Below are positions 37,861-51,400 of a DNA stretch of 64,000 nt, piece by piece. A program made the translations under genes and the position numbers. Source of the DNA: Callorhinchus milii (Eukaryota); contig NW_024704743.1 in assembly GCF_018977255.1 (NCBI RefSeq), positions 11,968,001 to 12,032,000 on the forward strand, given 5' to 3'. Under the pieces are notes generated by a model. It had not been told where the DNA came from, did no database searches, and saw only the letters and a list, made by a program, of their open reading frames with translations. The first letter of the stretch is position 1; each line of letters opens with the position of its first letter.

Positions 37861-39513
37861 TTTGTATGCAGTGCTGGGCCCTGAGAACTCCTGTAGCCTC
37901 GTTGGTGTCCCTACCTCCCCCCACAAAAAAAAGGCCACCCAGTTTTTGTTAAACAAGCAATTCATTTTTTTTGCAACAATGTGTTATTTCCTCATGTTTA
38001 GTTTTTATCAATAAAGTAAAAAAATGTAGGTTGACAGTAAAATGTACCTCAATAGCACCAATCAACTCCCTGCCATTTTCTGCAAAATTTGTCAAAAATG
38101 TCACCGCAATTTCCTGCAAAATGTTCAACTCTCCCTGCAACTTTGGACGAATATTTCTGCACTTTTCTATTGGCCCAGGCTATGAACAACAATTAGACAA
38201 GCCAGGGCTCTTCAGTCTTAAGAGATGAAGTCTCAGGTGGGACCTTATAGAGGTCTATAACATTTTCAATGGGATTGAAAAAGTAAACCCGAAAACACCA
38301 AGATAGTATAACAAGAAACGTAGGTTTAGAGTTCCAAAGGCCAATTTCAGGACAGACACCAGAATGTTTTTCTTTTCACTGAGGGTAATTAATGTTTGCA
38401 ACAGGAAGGGTAGTTGAGGCCTGGACACTGACACTCATTTAACAAGTAGCTTGATGCTGTGACAATGAAGACGGTAGGGAGGGTATTCTGGAAGGATGAG
38501 ATAAGATAGACCAAAGGGTTTTGTTGATCTGAATCAATCTTGCATCAAGGCCCCAGGCTATGTGGAACTACATTGTGGGAGAGTAAAATAAAAGTCAACG
38601 ATAGAGAGAAAGGGGAGAGATATAACCATTTTTTTATGAATGGAGAATATCTCATAGGATTGTATGAAGACAGAGTAGGATCCCAAGTGTGGAGGGGTAG
38701 TTGAGTTGGTGAGAAAGCAAGTTTTCTTTAAAACCTGTACACTTTCACCAACAAAAAGTATAGTCACTGCACTTTACAGTGAATCCTGCAAAGAACTTTG
38801 AAACATCCTCCTGATGTGAAAGGCGTTGTGTCAAATGCAAAGATTATCTACTCACTCACTCACTCACTCTTGCTGACTACCAGACAGAAAACACAGTTAC
38901 ATATCACGACTAGTGACTTTTAAAAAAAATTAAAAAATTATATTTCCAACAAGCATTTTTCTTAAAGTGATAAACAGGAGTTGAATCTCTCAGTTGCTGT
39001 TTACTGCTACAAATGAGTTTCTACGAAAGGTTTTTATAAATGGTGTGTCAGTCTGGCTCAGTTTGGTAGCACATTCGCCTCTCAAGTCAAAAGGTTGTGG
39101 TTTCAAGCCTTCTGTAGGGACATTAAGCTCATAGTCTAGGCCAGGATGCTGCAACCTTTTTGGCTGCTGAGGGCTGGATGCTCTATTTGATAGACATCCG
39201 CGGGCCGGGACACAATACTTTTGTGACAATATTTTTCCGGGTTATGGAGGGAATGGTCCTGGATGAGATCAGTTGGACACTCCCTGGTCAAGGCTGACGG
39301 TCCAAGTACTGAAGTGGGGCGGGGGGGAAGTGTCATTGTCAGATGTGCCATTCTTCTGATGAGACATTAAACTAAGGTCCCGTCTTCCTGAGGGTGGACA
39401 TTAGAGGTGTCATGGAGCTAATGGATAGGAGAAGGCTGTTTCTCTCTCCTGGTGTCCTGGTCAAGAACCCTCCGGATAAAATTGGTCATTCAAATCATGG
39501 CTGGTTGTGGGTC

Positions 39514-41345
39514 AACAACAACTTGCACGTATATAGCGCTCTCCACGCAGGGTAGCATCTTAGAGCGCTTAACAGTGGCGGAGCTTGACTCCGAGCCAGA
39601 AGCGGGATGGGGAGGTGACCATAAGCACGGTCGAAAAGGAAGATTTTCAGATGGGTCTTGAAAAAGCGGAGAGAGGGGGCAAGACGAAGGATTGAGGGAG
39701 AATGTTCCAGAGTTTCAGGGCATAGTAGCTGAAAGTGCGACCTCCAACGGTGGAGTGGAGGGTGCGAGGGACAGCAGGAGGCTGGTACCAATTGAGCGGA
39801 AGTGCCAAGTGGTGGGTTGGGAAGTGAGAAGGTCAGAGAGGTAGGGAGGTGCCAAAGAGTGAAGGGATTTGAACACGAGTGTGAGGATCTTGAAGTCGAT
39901 CCATTTGGTGATGGGGAGCCAGTGGAGCCTGGGCCAGAACTGGTGAGATGTGGAAACGGAGTTTGGTCTGGGTCAGTATGTGGGTGACAGAGTTCTGACT
40001 GAACTGGATCTTTTGAATAGTGGAGCTGGGGAGACCAGCGAGGAGAGCATTTGAGTAATCCAAGCGGGAGGTGACAAACGCATGCACGAGAGTTTCAGTT
40101 GCATTTGGGGTAAGGTATGGTTGGAGGTGGGCAATGTGGCGAAGGTGGAAGAAGGCGATCCCGGTCAGGGACCGGACGTGAGGAAGGAAGGCCAGTGCGC
40201 CTGGATTGCGCACTGGTTTGGTGAGTCTGAGGGAGAGCCCAGGGAGATTGAGGAGTTCTGATCCGCAGGAGTGAAGATATTGACGAGAGCCAAGGGAAAT
40301 GGCTTCCGTCTTATCCACGTTCAGCTGCAGGAAGTTTGCACTCATTCAGGCCTTGATGTCTGCCAGACAAGCTGATAGAACATCGGTGGACCTGGAGTTG
40401 GTATTGGAGGAAGCAAAGTAGATTTGTGTGCGATCGGCAAACGTGGAAGTTTACCCCGTGTCTGCGGATGGCATCGCCCAGAGGGAGCATATAGATGAGG
40501 AAAAGAGAGCCAAGGATGGAGCCTTGGGATACCCCGCAGGTGACCGGGAGGGGGCGGGAGGAGAAACCATTTTCTAAGATGAAATGGAGGTAGTTGGTTA
40601 AGTAGCACTCGAACCATGTGAGTGCGGTCCCACTAAGGTAGATGAGGGAGGAAAGGTGGTGGAGGAGGCATGGTCGACTGTATTGAACGCGGCAGAGAGA
40701 TCCAGGAGGAAAGAAGGCAGAGGGAGCCCTGGTCACAGATAGTGAGGACATCATTTGTTTGACAAGCGCTGTCTCATGCTGTGGGCAGAGCGAATACTAG
40801 TCTGCAGGGGCTCGAGGAGGGAGTGGATGGAGAGGTGTGACCGAAGTTGACCTGCAACAATGCGTTCCAGGACTTTGTCAAGAAAGGGCAGGTTGGAGAT
40901 GGGACGATAGTGTGAGAGATCGAGGATGGGTTTTTTGAGGAGGGGTGTGATGACAGCGGTTTTCAGGGGGAGTGGAACAGATCCTGAGGAGAGAGACTGG
41001 TTGACCGTGTCGGCCAGCAGGGAGAAGAGGAGGGGGAGTTGAGTGACCAGCAGCTGGGAGGGGATCGAGGCAGCAGGTGGGGAACTTCATCTGGGTGATT
41101 GTGGTTGAGAGGGAAGAGGGTTAAATGGGGGCAACGGAATGTAAGGAGGGGCAAGTGGCAGGAGCCGTGGCGGAGGGAGAAGGCCCTGTGGATGGTCTGG
41201 GTGGTGTAGAAGGGGACGTGGTGTGGGGAGAGGATGAAGCAGCCAAGTGGATGTTTTCAATCTTTAAGGCGAAGAAGTCTAGGACCTCTTCGCAGTTGCC
41301 ATTTAATGTGAGAATAGAGGGAGCTTGAGCGGGGTGCACAAGTCT
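39514..41345 (-). mobile_element. Degenerate ~1.8 kb L2 (second subfamily) adjoining a DeuSINE
   Basis: ORFs 39833-40345 (NFLQLNVDKTE, AFVTSRLDYSNALLAGLP), 40311-40754 (CGVSQGSILG) and 41121-41339 (NCEEVLDFFALKIENI). Confidence 0.9.
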
Positions 41346-42293
41346 TTTCGATTACAGTGGAGTAACAGGAGAGCATTGTTGAAGATGCTATCTTTGGGAT
41401 GTGATGTTAAAACCAAAGTTCCTTTTGATTAGTGGATGACTCATCCCTCAGAGTCAAGGAGAACATAGCATTAAAATCAGAGCTAAGACGTAAGAACTGA
41501 GATCAGGAAATATTTCGTCACACAGAAGGTTGTGAAGTTGTGCAATGCTCTGCCCCAGTAAGCTGTAGAAGTGGAATCAATAGGGAGATGGACGGATAAT
41601 TCAGTAGTAGAGATATTATTATTATTAACATTTTCAGCCACTACATCCCGAAACTCTGTGACACTCTTCCTCTATCCCTCCGCCTTGCTCCTTTCCCCAT
41701 CTTCGGGTAGCATCTGAAAACTTTCCTCTTCAACCATGCCTACGGTCACCTCCCCCTCTCCCCTGGACCAATGTCATTCTCCGCCACTGTTAAGTGGCGT
41801 GAGGGGAGCTATATAAATGCAAGTTGTTGTTATTAAGCGATATTTCAAAAGGACAAAGCAATGGGGTTAAACCATATGCCAAGGTCTAATAATGTAGTGA
41901 AACAGGCTCGATGAGCTGAATGGCCTCCTCCTGTTTTTGTTTTTCCATTTTTCTCTGTTCCCGTCCTCCGTTTATGAATATTCTAGTGGCCCTATTTGAA
42001 AAGAGAAGGGAGTCTGTCCTGGTATCCTGTTCAACATTTGCCCTCCTCACCCCGTGATGAATAGACCACTTACTCACTGTATGATCGACCGTTTGTTAGA
42101 ACCTTGCTGTGCGGGGGGAAAACAACTGCTGCGTTATGTCCACAAAATCAGTCACTACCCTTGACAGTAGTAACCTGAAGAGCTTTGAGACATTTCTAAG
42201 CAATGAGGCGCTATAGTATTTTTAAAAAGCAAGATCTTTCTTTAGCCAACGTTTATTATTATTTTAAATAATAATTTAAGTCAATAATAATTG

Positions 42294-42608
42294 GAGTTCT
42301 GTAGCTCAGTGGTTACAGCACTCGCTTTGCAAATGAGAGACCTGGGTTTGATTCCCGGCAGGGTGAAATCTTGGGCAAGTTTCCTTATTCCAGACGCCTG
42401 ATAATGATCCCTCAAGAACAAAAACAATAATAAATTGGTCAATTCAATCCATGACTGTTTGTGGGACACTGTTGTGCGCAATTGGCTGCCGCGTTTCGCC
42501 CACAAATATACAGTCAATTCACTTTACAGTCTATTCTGTGAAGCGCTTTGAAACGTCTAGAAGTCATGAAAACTGCTATATCAAATGCAAGGATTATTAT
42601 TATTATTA
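42294..42608 (+). mobile_element. tRNA-Ala-headed SINE, internally deleted variant
   Basis: Colinear with 20007-20322, including the deletion. Confidence 0.88.
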
Positions 42609-43364
42609 AATAAAAGTTTATTTTGTGGACGTGTGTTAATTTGCAAAGCGGATGAAATGAGGTGAACCGTTCAGCAGTGCTCGGCTAGGGGACTTTTGTT
42701 ATCGTTGTTTGGCTGGTCCAGTTGTATCAGTGAATTCTGAGAATAAGTGATTTTTGCCACAGAAAGCTTCAGGCAAAAAACAAGTGGGTTTTTAACTTTG
42801 AGATATTCTCTCTCTCTTTCTCTCTCCCCTCTTCTCTGTGTTAAGTCAGTGATGCAAGATTTCTCTCCTCTTTCTTCTCTCTCTCTCCTCTCTTCTCCTG
42901 TGTCAAGCCAGTGATGCAAGATCTCTCTCTTTCTCCCCGCCCCCCCCTTCTCCTGTGTCAAGAGCAGAGAAGGAGGAGGAGGAAGAAAGAAAGAGAAATC
43001 ACTGGCTTGACACAGAAGAAGAGGGGAGAGAGAACGATTTCTCTCTCTCTATCTCTCTCACTCTCTCTTTCCCCCTCCTTCCCTCTTCTCCTCCGTGTCA
43101 AGCCGGTGATGCTTACATCTTCAGTCCTGACACAGCCTGGCTGCTGTGGATCTAGGAACCGAGGTACAATTGTGCATCTATTGGATTGGACTCAGCCTTG
43201 AGCGTCTGGTGTGCATTTGTTTCCTCTGTCAGTGTTTTTTTTTTGAAGGCTTTGATGGATGATGCCTGCAGAAAAGGTCAGTCCTGGCATCCTCATTCGC
43301 TCATCCCAGCAGCTGAAAGGTCAGTAGTGTAGGGGAGGCTGGAGCTACTCGTTCCTCAGATACA

Positions 43365-43973
43365 GGTTTGCAGATGATACTAAGCTAGGAAAAGTAGTAA
43401 ACAGTGAGGAGGGTAGTAGCAGACTTCAAATGGACATAGACAGACTGGTAAAATGGGTAGACAGAGGGAATTGGAAGTGACTACAGACGCAATCAAAGAT
43501 GAAGTTTAATGTGGAGAAATGCTAAGTAATGCATTTTGGGCGGAAGAATGAGGAGAGCCAATATCAGTTGATGGTAGAATCTTAAAGGGGGTGAAGGAAC
43601 AGAGAGACCTGGGGGTTCATATAAGCATCTTCGAAGGTGGCAGGATAGGTAGATAAAGCTGTTAAAAAGGCATACAGGATACTAGACTTTATAAATAGGG
43701 GCAGAGAATACAAAAGCCAGGAAGTTATGATGAACCTTTATAAAACACTGGTTAGGCCTCAGCTAGAGACTGTGTTCAGTTCTGGATTGGCTGAAAGGGT
43801 GGTGGAAACTGATTCGATAACAACTTTTAAGAGAGAAGTAGATAATTATTTGGGGAGGACAAGAGAGCAGGGGAGTGGGATTGATTTGGATAGCTGTTTT
43901 CAAAGAACCGGCACAGACACGATGGGCTGAATGGCCTCCTTCTGTGCTGTATAGCTCTATGGTTCTATGATTC
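43365..43973 (+). mobile_element. CR1 3' fragment with an internal deletion
   Basis: Begins at FADDTKL and is colinear with 5891-6700, but jumps from agttctgg to attggctgaaagggtgg. Confidence 0.9.
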
Positions 43974-45449
43974 TCACTCAGCTCCCATTGGGTTTTCAAT
44001 GGATCTGGTGCCTTGGGCCCAGCTCTGCTAACGGAAGTGCAAAATGTCAGCATTTACACCAAGTGAGGGTGTGATCCATTAGCCAGAACCACAGTGAATG
44101 TGGCTGGGATTTAATTACTACAATATAGACATGGGAGGGGGTAGGGAAAAGGAAGAGAACGTCAGTATTGCAGTGGGCAGCCCATGGGGTGGGGGAGAGA
44201 ACACATCATTGTGGTGGAGGGGGTGGGGGCGGGAGAAGAGGAACATCAGCATGGGGGTGGATGAAATATGCCAGGTTGGAGGTGGGAAGAGGGAGAAAAC
44301 ATTAGCGTGGATGAACGGGGTGGGGGGAACCAGGCTTTTGGAGAGCTCTGGGGCAGAGGAACATCATCCTTTGGCGTGGTAGAGAGAGGTCAGCCTTGGT
44401 TGATTGAGGGAGGAAGAATAGCATCTGGGAGCACTGCTTAGGGGTGGGGTTTCCGGGTAGGGGAGAAGAGGGAGGTGGAAGTGACTACAGACGCAATCAA
44501 AGATGTAGGTCTTAAGTGGGGGTTGAAAGAGCGATAAAGAGGGGGCGAGGCAGAGGGACTGAGGCAGGGAGTTCCAGAGATATGGGGCATAGTGATTGAA
44601 GGCACAAGCAACTATGGTGGTGTGGAGGTTTGGGTGACATGCAGAAAGCCTGCATTAGCCTGGCAGAGGGATCGGGGAGAGGAATGGAGTAAAAACAGGT
44701 CAGGGAGGGAGGTGCGAGATGCTTGTCCAGCTCAAATGCAGGACAAGATTCTCGATAGTCCCTGAGTTACTGGGAGTCTGGCGAGGTCGGCCCAGCCTCG
44801 TACAGAAAGGATAGGGACTACAGAGCTTTAAATGAGTTGAATGATCAACGTAGCTGAAATAGTAGTTATCAAAATAATGGTTTAAGCCTGGGTCAGAAGG
44901 TCACATGTTTGTATATTGTATTGTGGGGTTAGGTGTGAGCTTGGATCAGTTGGTAACACTCTATCCTCTGGTTGTAGGTTCGAGTGCCATGACGGGATCT
45001 TTGAACTCAGGACTAGGCTGATACTCCAGTACAGTGTTTGATGGGGGTGGGTGGAGAGGGGGTGGTGCCTTGCATTGTCAGAGATTCTATCCTTCTTATG
45101 CGACCTTAATGCCTTATGAAGCCTAATTCAGGTGCACGTTCAAAGATTCCAGGAAACCTTGAAAAGTGAAGGGACTTTCTCCTGATTGTCCCATATCACA
45201 GTCGCTGCACTTTAGAGTAATTCCCGTGAAGAGCTTTTAGAATTTGCGACATGATAAGCCACTTTATCAGGTGCAAGGAATAAAGACCTGCATCTTTAAT
45301 TGTGAAGAAAGCGCAATTTCAGTCATCAATCACGTCGCCCCCAGCTCGGGTGTTCACCCAGTTCTGAACGCGCTTTGATGTGAACCCCGCTATAACAATA
45401 TGTATCGTATTAAGAAAAGGTTTGTTTATCACTCTTATTTACTTTTCTC

Positions 45450-45817
45450 TAATAATAATCCTTGCATTTTATCATGTCTTTGAGATGTCTCAAAGCGCTT
45501 CGCAGAATATGCTGTAAAGTGAATTGACTGTATAATTTGAGGGCGAAACGCAGCAGCCAACTGTGCACAGCAGTGTCCCACAAACAGTCGTGGATTATCA
45601 CAAACTGACCAGTTATAAAAAAAATTTGAAGGAATTATTACCCCGGGAAAATAATCCGACAATCGACTACAAACTGAGTACCTATTTACTGCTAGGTAAA
45701 TATAGGCGTGTGGAGTAAGGAAACTTGCCCAACGTTTCACCCTGCCGGGAATCAAATCCAGGTTAGATTTGAGTGTTTGTGAGGCGAGTGCCCTAACCAC
45801 TGAGCTACAGTACTCTA
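45450..45817 (-). mobile_element. tRNA-Ala-headed SINE
   Basis: Reverse complement of the family consensus from tail to head. Further copies at about 840-1027(-), 2056-2315(+), 5175-5410(-), 10200-10478(-), 35210-35485(+) and 61153-61462(+). Confidence 0.85.
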
Positions 45818-46574
45818 CAACAAAAACTTGCATTTATATAGTGCCCCTCATGCAGAGTTTCCGAGAGCACTTGAAAGTGGCGGAGCATGATACCAAATCG
45901 GGGGGAGTGGGGATGTGTCCATAGGCAGGTCGAAGAGGAAGGTCTTTCCTCGGTTTCTTTTTCTCACTCCCTCTACTGGGCACCCTTTGCTTTGCCCATT
46001 GTGGTGGGCTGCAACAAGCAAATCTATGGACTGACAAGCACCTCTGATTAGATGTTAACTGTCTGGTGCCAGGGCATCTGTGTTCACCATCGGTGGAGGG
46101 CAGGGCAGTCAGAGAAGAGATGATGTGGTTTTCGGAGCTATGAGTAGAGCATTAGAGCGAGCTCTTGTGCATTGCTCGGAGGCTGGGAGGGAGGTGGTAG
46201 GAGTTGGAGATTTGTCTGGTGTGTTTCAAACATGCATTTGCAAAGCATCGCAGCAGACCACCTGTTAAGGATTGGTCACGTGGGTGGCAATGCATCCGCC
46301 CACGTTTGAATAAACAAAACAAGGAAGAATAGAGATTACAGTGTAGGAGGAAGTATTTTGTTCGACTTGATCCTCTATTGAGCAGTTTCTCTACTGCCTC
46401 CAGCTCTTTTCCCCCCACCACTGTCACCCATTTGGCTATCCTCAAATGATCCCTTTTTCTCTCTCTACTTCTCCTTCCCCTATTCCTCCAAAGCCAGAAT
46501 TGGAAATGTCACAAAATGGATTGGGGAAAAAAATCTGAAATCAGACGGTCGACATTTTTTTTCAGCAACCTAAA

Positions 46575-46980
46575 ATAATCCTTGCATTTGATGTAGCACC
46601 TTTCATGTCAGGATGATGTCTCAAAGCCATTCACAGGACGCATTGTAAAGTGTAGCTACTGTGCTTTTTGTTGATGAACACAGAAGCCAATTTGAGCACA
46701 ACAGCTTCTCACGCATTGGACAACTAAATTTAGACAGGTGATTATTCGTGGGAAAACCCAGAGAAACTCTCCTTTTTAACGGGATCTCTAACGTCCTCCA
46801 GAATAAACATACAGGAACTCGTTTTAATGTTTCTTCCAAAGAGCGGCACCTTCGACAATGCAACGAACCCCCCCAACAGGCATTACATTGCAGTTTCAGC
46901 CTAGACTGTGAGCTCACAAAGTCCTGATGTGGGGCTTGAGACCACAAACTTCAGAACTCGAGAGATGAGCGTGCTAGCAC
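46575..46980 (-). mobile_element. DeuSINE
   Basis: Reverse-complement tail taatccttgcatttgatgtagcacc, body and part of the head. Confidence 0.78.
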
Positions 46981-49901
46981 ACACCACATCATTAATAATA
47001 ATAATACTAATACTTGATTTGAGATGGAGCATTTCACATTGAGTGGACATGTAAAGTACTTCCCAGGATTCATGTGAAGTCTGGTGTTTGTGTATTTTGT
47101 TGGTGATTACAAATGCGGGTATTAATAAAGAAAGGACCTTGCATTCGCACAGGCATCACTGTCTTGAGTATCTTCCCTCCACACAGTGGTATTAATACTC
47201 TTGAGTGGCAGATAGGCCAATCATCCTGGACTTAAACAAATGAGAAAAGTGAACAAAGTAAGGAGAGGTGACTGAGGCGGTGTGGGAGGGTGGGAAGGAA
47301 CAAAGTCTTTCTGTTTAAAATCACTTTCTCTTTATTTCTTAGAGTGATATGTCCCCCTGTATTTACCTTATATAAAACGCATGTTGATGCTGGGTTGCTT
47401 TTGAGCTCATTTTTATGGCAACTTTAGTGCCAGATAGAAGGCGTTTTGTAGACAGATAGATAGTTGTGAGCATGCCTCTGCCTTGAGCTAATTATTAAGT
47501 AACAGATCCAATCAACGTAAGTATTGTGTTTAGGATTGTGCAAACGGCTACTGGCACCTGCTGCCAAGTCTCACTGTCAGAAATTGCACAGAAGGACTCT
47601 GAGCCTTGTCTTGAGTGCATGCTGGTACACTTTCTCAAATACTACAAACCAGTGCCTAACCTTAACATCCAGCTCGATCCTCTGCTCTCCTTTTCCCCTC
47701 ACATCTGATCCCTCACCCAGGCTGCTTTCCTTCACCTCAGCTGCATCGCCCCCTGCCTCACACCCAACGCCGCTGAAGCACTTGTTTGTTCACCCTTTTA
47801 TCACAACCTGCTTAGGCTTTTCCAACACACTCCTCGCTGGTCTCCCCGGCTCCACCATTTACAAGCCTCAATGCCTCCAAATCTCCACTGCCTGCGTCCT
47901 CACCCGCACCAAACTCTGCATATTCCTCACCCCATTCCTCCCTGGATTCCATAGGTTGGCTCCCCATCTCTCAACAGTTTGATTTCAACAACAACAACAA
48001 CAAAATTACATTTATAGACCGCTTTTCATGTCGGGAGGTCTGTCCTCACCCTGATCTACAAATCTGTCCGCTCCCTTACCTTTCCCATTTCCTCCTAACC
48101 TCCTCTCCCTCCCACCCCCTCCACTCAGCTAACTCGGGCTTACTGCCCCCTCATTCCCCCCTACAGGCCACCATCAGTGGCCAAACCTTTAGTTCCTATG
48201 CTTCTAATCTCTGGGACTCTCTCCCTCTGTCTCGCCTTCCTCGCTTTTAGGCTTTAAGCCCTGAATCAAATTCAATCTCTTTGTATATGGCAATGGCGAC
48301 CTCCCTCTGCAAATATGAGCTCAAACACCCACACATGCAGCTACACTTGTGTACACACATACTCACTCTCTGGTAACATACCAGCTGTTGCAGGAATGGA
48401 TGATGAGAAGATGCATCAATGGAGAAGGAAAGTCAGGACCTTATTGAACTCTATTAATTCTCAGACACTGTGGAAGGAGTGTAGCAGTGGCTGGAATGAC
48501 TGCACCTCACTGGGGTGCTAATGGCTGAGCCTTCCTGGCTAATTACCCTCGACTCAGAGGCAGCCTCAGTGATTCACTGAAATGGATTGGAACAATTGTT
48601 TTTTTTGGCTACCGGTGGTGTTTCAGGGATGGGTGGCGGTGGGGAGAGAGACATCAGCCAAAGCACAGTATCCACCTGCAGTAGATAAATGGAGCACTGT
48701 TCCAGAAAACTGACAACCTGATTTTTTTATTCAAAGAGTCCCGATGTTTAATGCTGACTGTCTCTCTAAGCTCCTGGATTTGATACAGGATAGGGGAGAC
48801 TTACTCGGCTGGTCATTCTGATGTGTGCAAACATGCCGGGAGCGATCGGCACACCAGCCCTAGCCACTGGTGTCCGACAAGGTTCTTGTCAATCTGGCAC
48901 TTTGGCTCATACAGTTGAGGACGTGTCTTACCTTAACGTTTTGTTTATTGGGGGTGGCGAAGGGATGTGGTGCTCGTGTGCAGTATAAACACCGAACGGA
49001 CTAGTTGATACCAATTGATCTGTTTCCATGCTGTATCATTCTATGTAACATTTGAGTTTATGGGTCTTTGTGGCTTATGTAGCACCTTTCACATAAGACA
49101 ACATTATAAATCACTGTCCGTGGGTGAAGTCAGACGGGTCACAGATCAAGAGGTGTGGTTCACTTCAGTCTGCCTTGTGACTCAGGTGCTGGAGGTAAAC
49201 GGACTAATGTGGAGTGCTTTCTCCCAGTTTTGCCTGGCTTGTGTGATGTCAATCTGGCTGAGTTGGTAGTATTCTTGCCTCTGAGTCAAGACAATTGTGG
49301 GCTCACATTGGAGCTTTGAGCATAGGAACATAGGAATTGCTAACAAAAAAGGTTCGCCTTCTATCATCCTGGTAGTCGCATGTTACAATAATAATGGGAG
49401 GGAGGGTTGTAAGGGGGAGGGAGAAAGTGGGCGAAGGTCAAGGAGGTGTTTTGTTTCTCAGGAATGTCTTGGTAGAGGGAAAGCGAGGTTGAGGGATTCA
49501 AAGGAGGGAATGTAGCAGTTGAAAATAGTCATATTCCTTTGCAGAAAACAAATGCTGTACAGGTACCAGTTGTTGTAGAAGCCCCAGTTAATGTGGTTAT
49601 CTCTCCCTCCTCCCTGGCTTTGCCTTTGCTCTTCCTGCCAAGTGCTATCTAAAGATCTGCTTTGTCTACAATTGTTTCACAATCAGTAACCTGAACCTCA
49701 GCCCGGCTGTTTGTCAGCTCTGTGCTTTCCTGTGCTGTATCTGAAAGCCCTCGCGCTTGGCACAGTGAGGAAAGCTGGTGCCAGGGTAAGTGCTGAATAA
49801 CAACGCCAGTGGGGCAAAGGTGAGACCTCACGTGAGTCCAGCAGATCCTATGATGTCTAGTGTAGCCAAGCCTCCACCTCTCTCGCTCCTCGTGGGTCTG
49901 A

Positions 49902-50505
49902 AACAACAAAACAACAAGATTACATTTGTATAGCGCCTTTCGTGTCGGGAGGACATCCCAAGGCGCTGGACAGACAAGAGTTGTGGACCGGAGCTGGGGA
50001 TTGGGAGGGGAAGGGTGGAGGGCAGGGGAGGAAGCAGGGAGATCGAAAGCACGGTCGAAGAGGAGGGTCTTGAGGTGGATCTTGAAAGTGGCGAGGGAGG
50101 GGCGAGACTGCAGGATGGAGTTCCAGAGGGTGGATGCAGAGTGGCGGAAGGCCAGTCCACCGATAATGGGGCGAGCAAGGCGGGGGATGTGAAGCAGGCC
50201 ACAGCCCACTGAGCGGAGGGAGCGAACAGGATGTTGGGGGTTAGGAGGTCGGAGAGGTGGGGGGAGCAAGACCGTGAAGGGCTTTGAAGGTGAGGACCAG
50301 GATCTTGAACTGTATCCTCTGTGTGATGGGAAGTCAGTGGAATTGGGCAAGGATGGGGTTGATAGGGTTGGGAGCCTAGTGCAGGAGAGGACACGGGCTG
50401 CAGAGTTCTGGATGATCTGTAGCCTGTGGAGGGAGGAGTTGGGGAGGCCAACAAGCAGTGAGTTTGCATAGTCGAACCTCAATGTAATAAAAGTATGTAT
50501 GAGGC
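49902..50505 (-). mobile_element. L2 3' fragment
   Basis: ORF 49649-50482 begins RFDYANSLLVGLP...IQNSAARVL; shared tail present. Confidence 0.9.
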
Positions 50506-50934
50506 TAATTGGAGACCGAGTTCTTTTTTTAAAATAATAATAACTTGATCAGTCAATCCATGACTGTTTATGGGACACTGCTGTGCGTAATTGGCTGCCA
50601 AGATTTGCCAACAAAATGTACAGTCGATTCATTTTACATTATATTCTGTGAGGTGCTTTGAGATCTTTCAAAGACCTGATAAATGCAAGGATTATTATTA
50701 TTATTTAAAAAAGGGGAGGGGGCATTAGTAAAACTGTCTTCCAAGTCAGGACACAAGGACTTGTGGCTAAGACCAAGAGAAATTTTGGCCTCTGGTCACT
50801 TGTGCAAACGCCACCCCCCCCGCCCCCGGTATTCTTTTTCCCCTCTTATCCTGGTTTGTGTGGTGTTAGCCTGGCTCAGTTTGTAGCATTCTTGCCTCCA
50901 AGTCAGAAGATTGTGGGTTCACATCAGAGTTTTG

Positions 50935-51400
50935 AACATAGGAACATAGGAATTGCTGGATGAAAAAAGACCAAGGTCCATCTAATTTGCCTTCTACCAT
51001 CTTGGCCGTCGCATGTTACAGTCAGAATGGGGATGTTGACCAGTCATGTCGATCAATCTCTTATCAATTAGTCTACAACAGAATCAGGCAGAAGGTGAGG
51101 AAAACCCACCAGTGGTAGAAAGTTTTGGGAACCACTAATCCAAAGTTGCCCATTGCTCCCAAGCATACTACACTTGCCATATGTCATGTCTCAAATTACT
51201 CATATACTCTATCCAAAAATATTATTTTCTAAAAGAAATCTACCTAATTTGCATTTGAATGAATCAACAGTATCTGCCTCCACCGTCTCCCTAGGAAGCC
51301 TGTTCCATAGATTTATCACTCGCTTCCTGAAATAATGTTTCTGCAGATTAGTTTTGAATTTACACTCCTTCAAGTGTTGGCTCTATTCTCTTGTTGTACT
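50935..51400 (-). mobile_element. CR1-like 3' end with longer 3' UTR (third family) inserted in a DeuSINE head
   Basis: cataggaacatagg tail and ctgttccatagatttatcactcgcttcctgaaataatg (coding remnant). The SINE resumes at about 51404 (catagtctaggctgacac). Confidence 0.72.
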
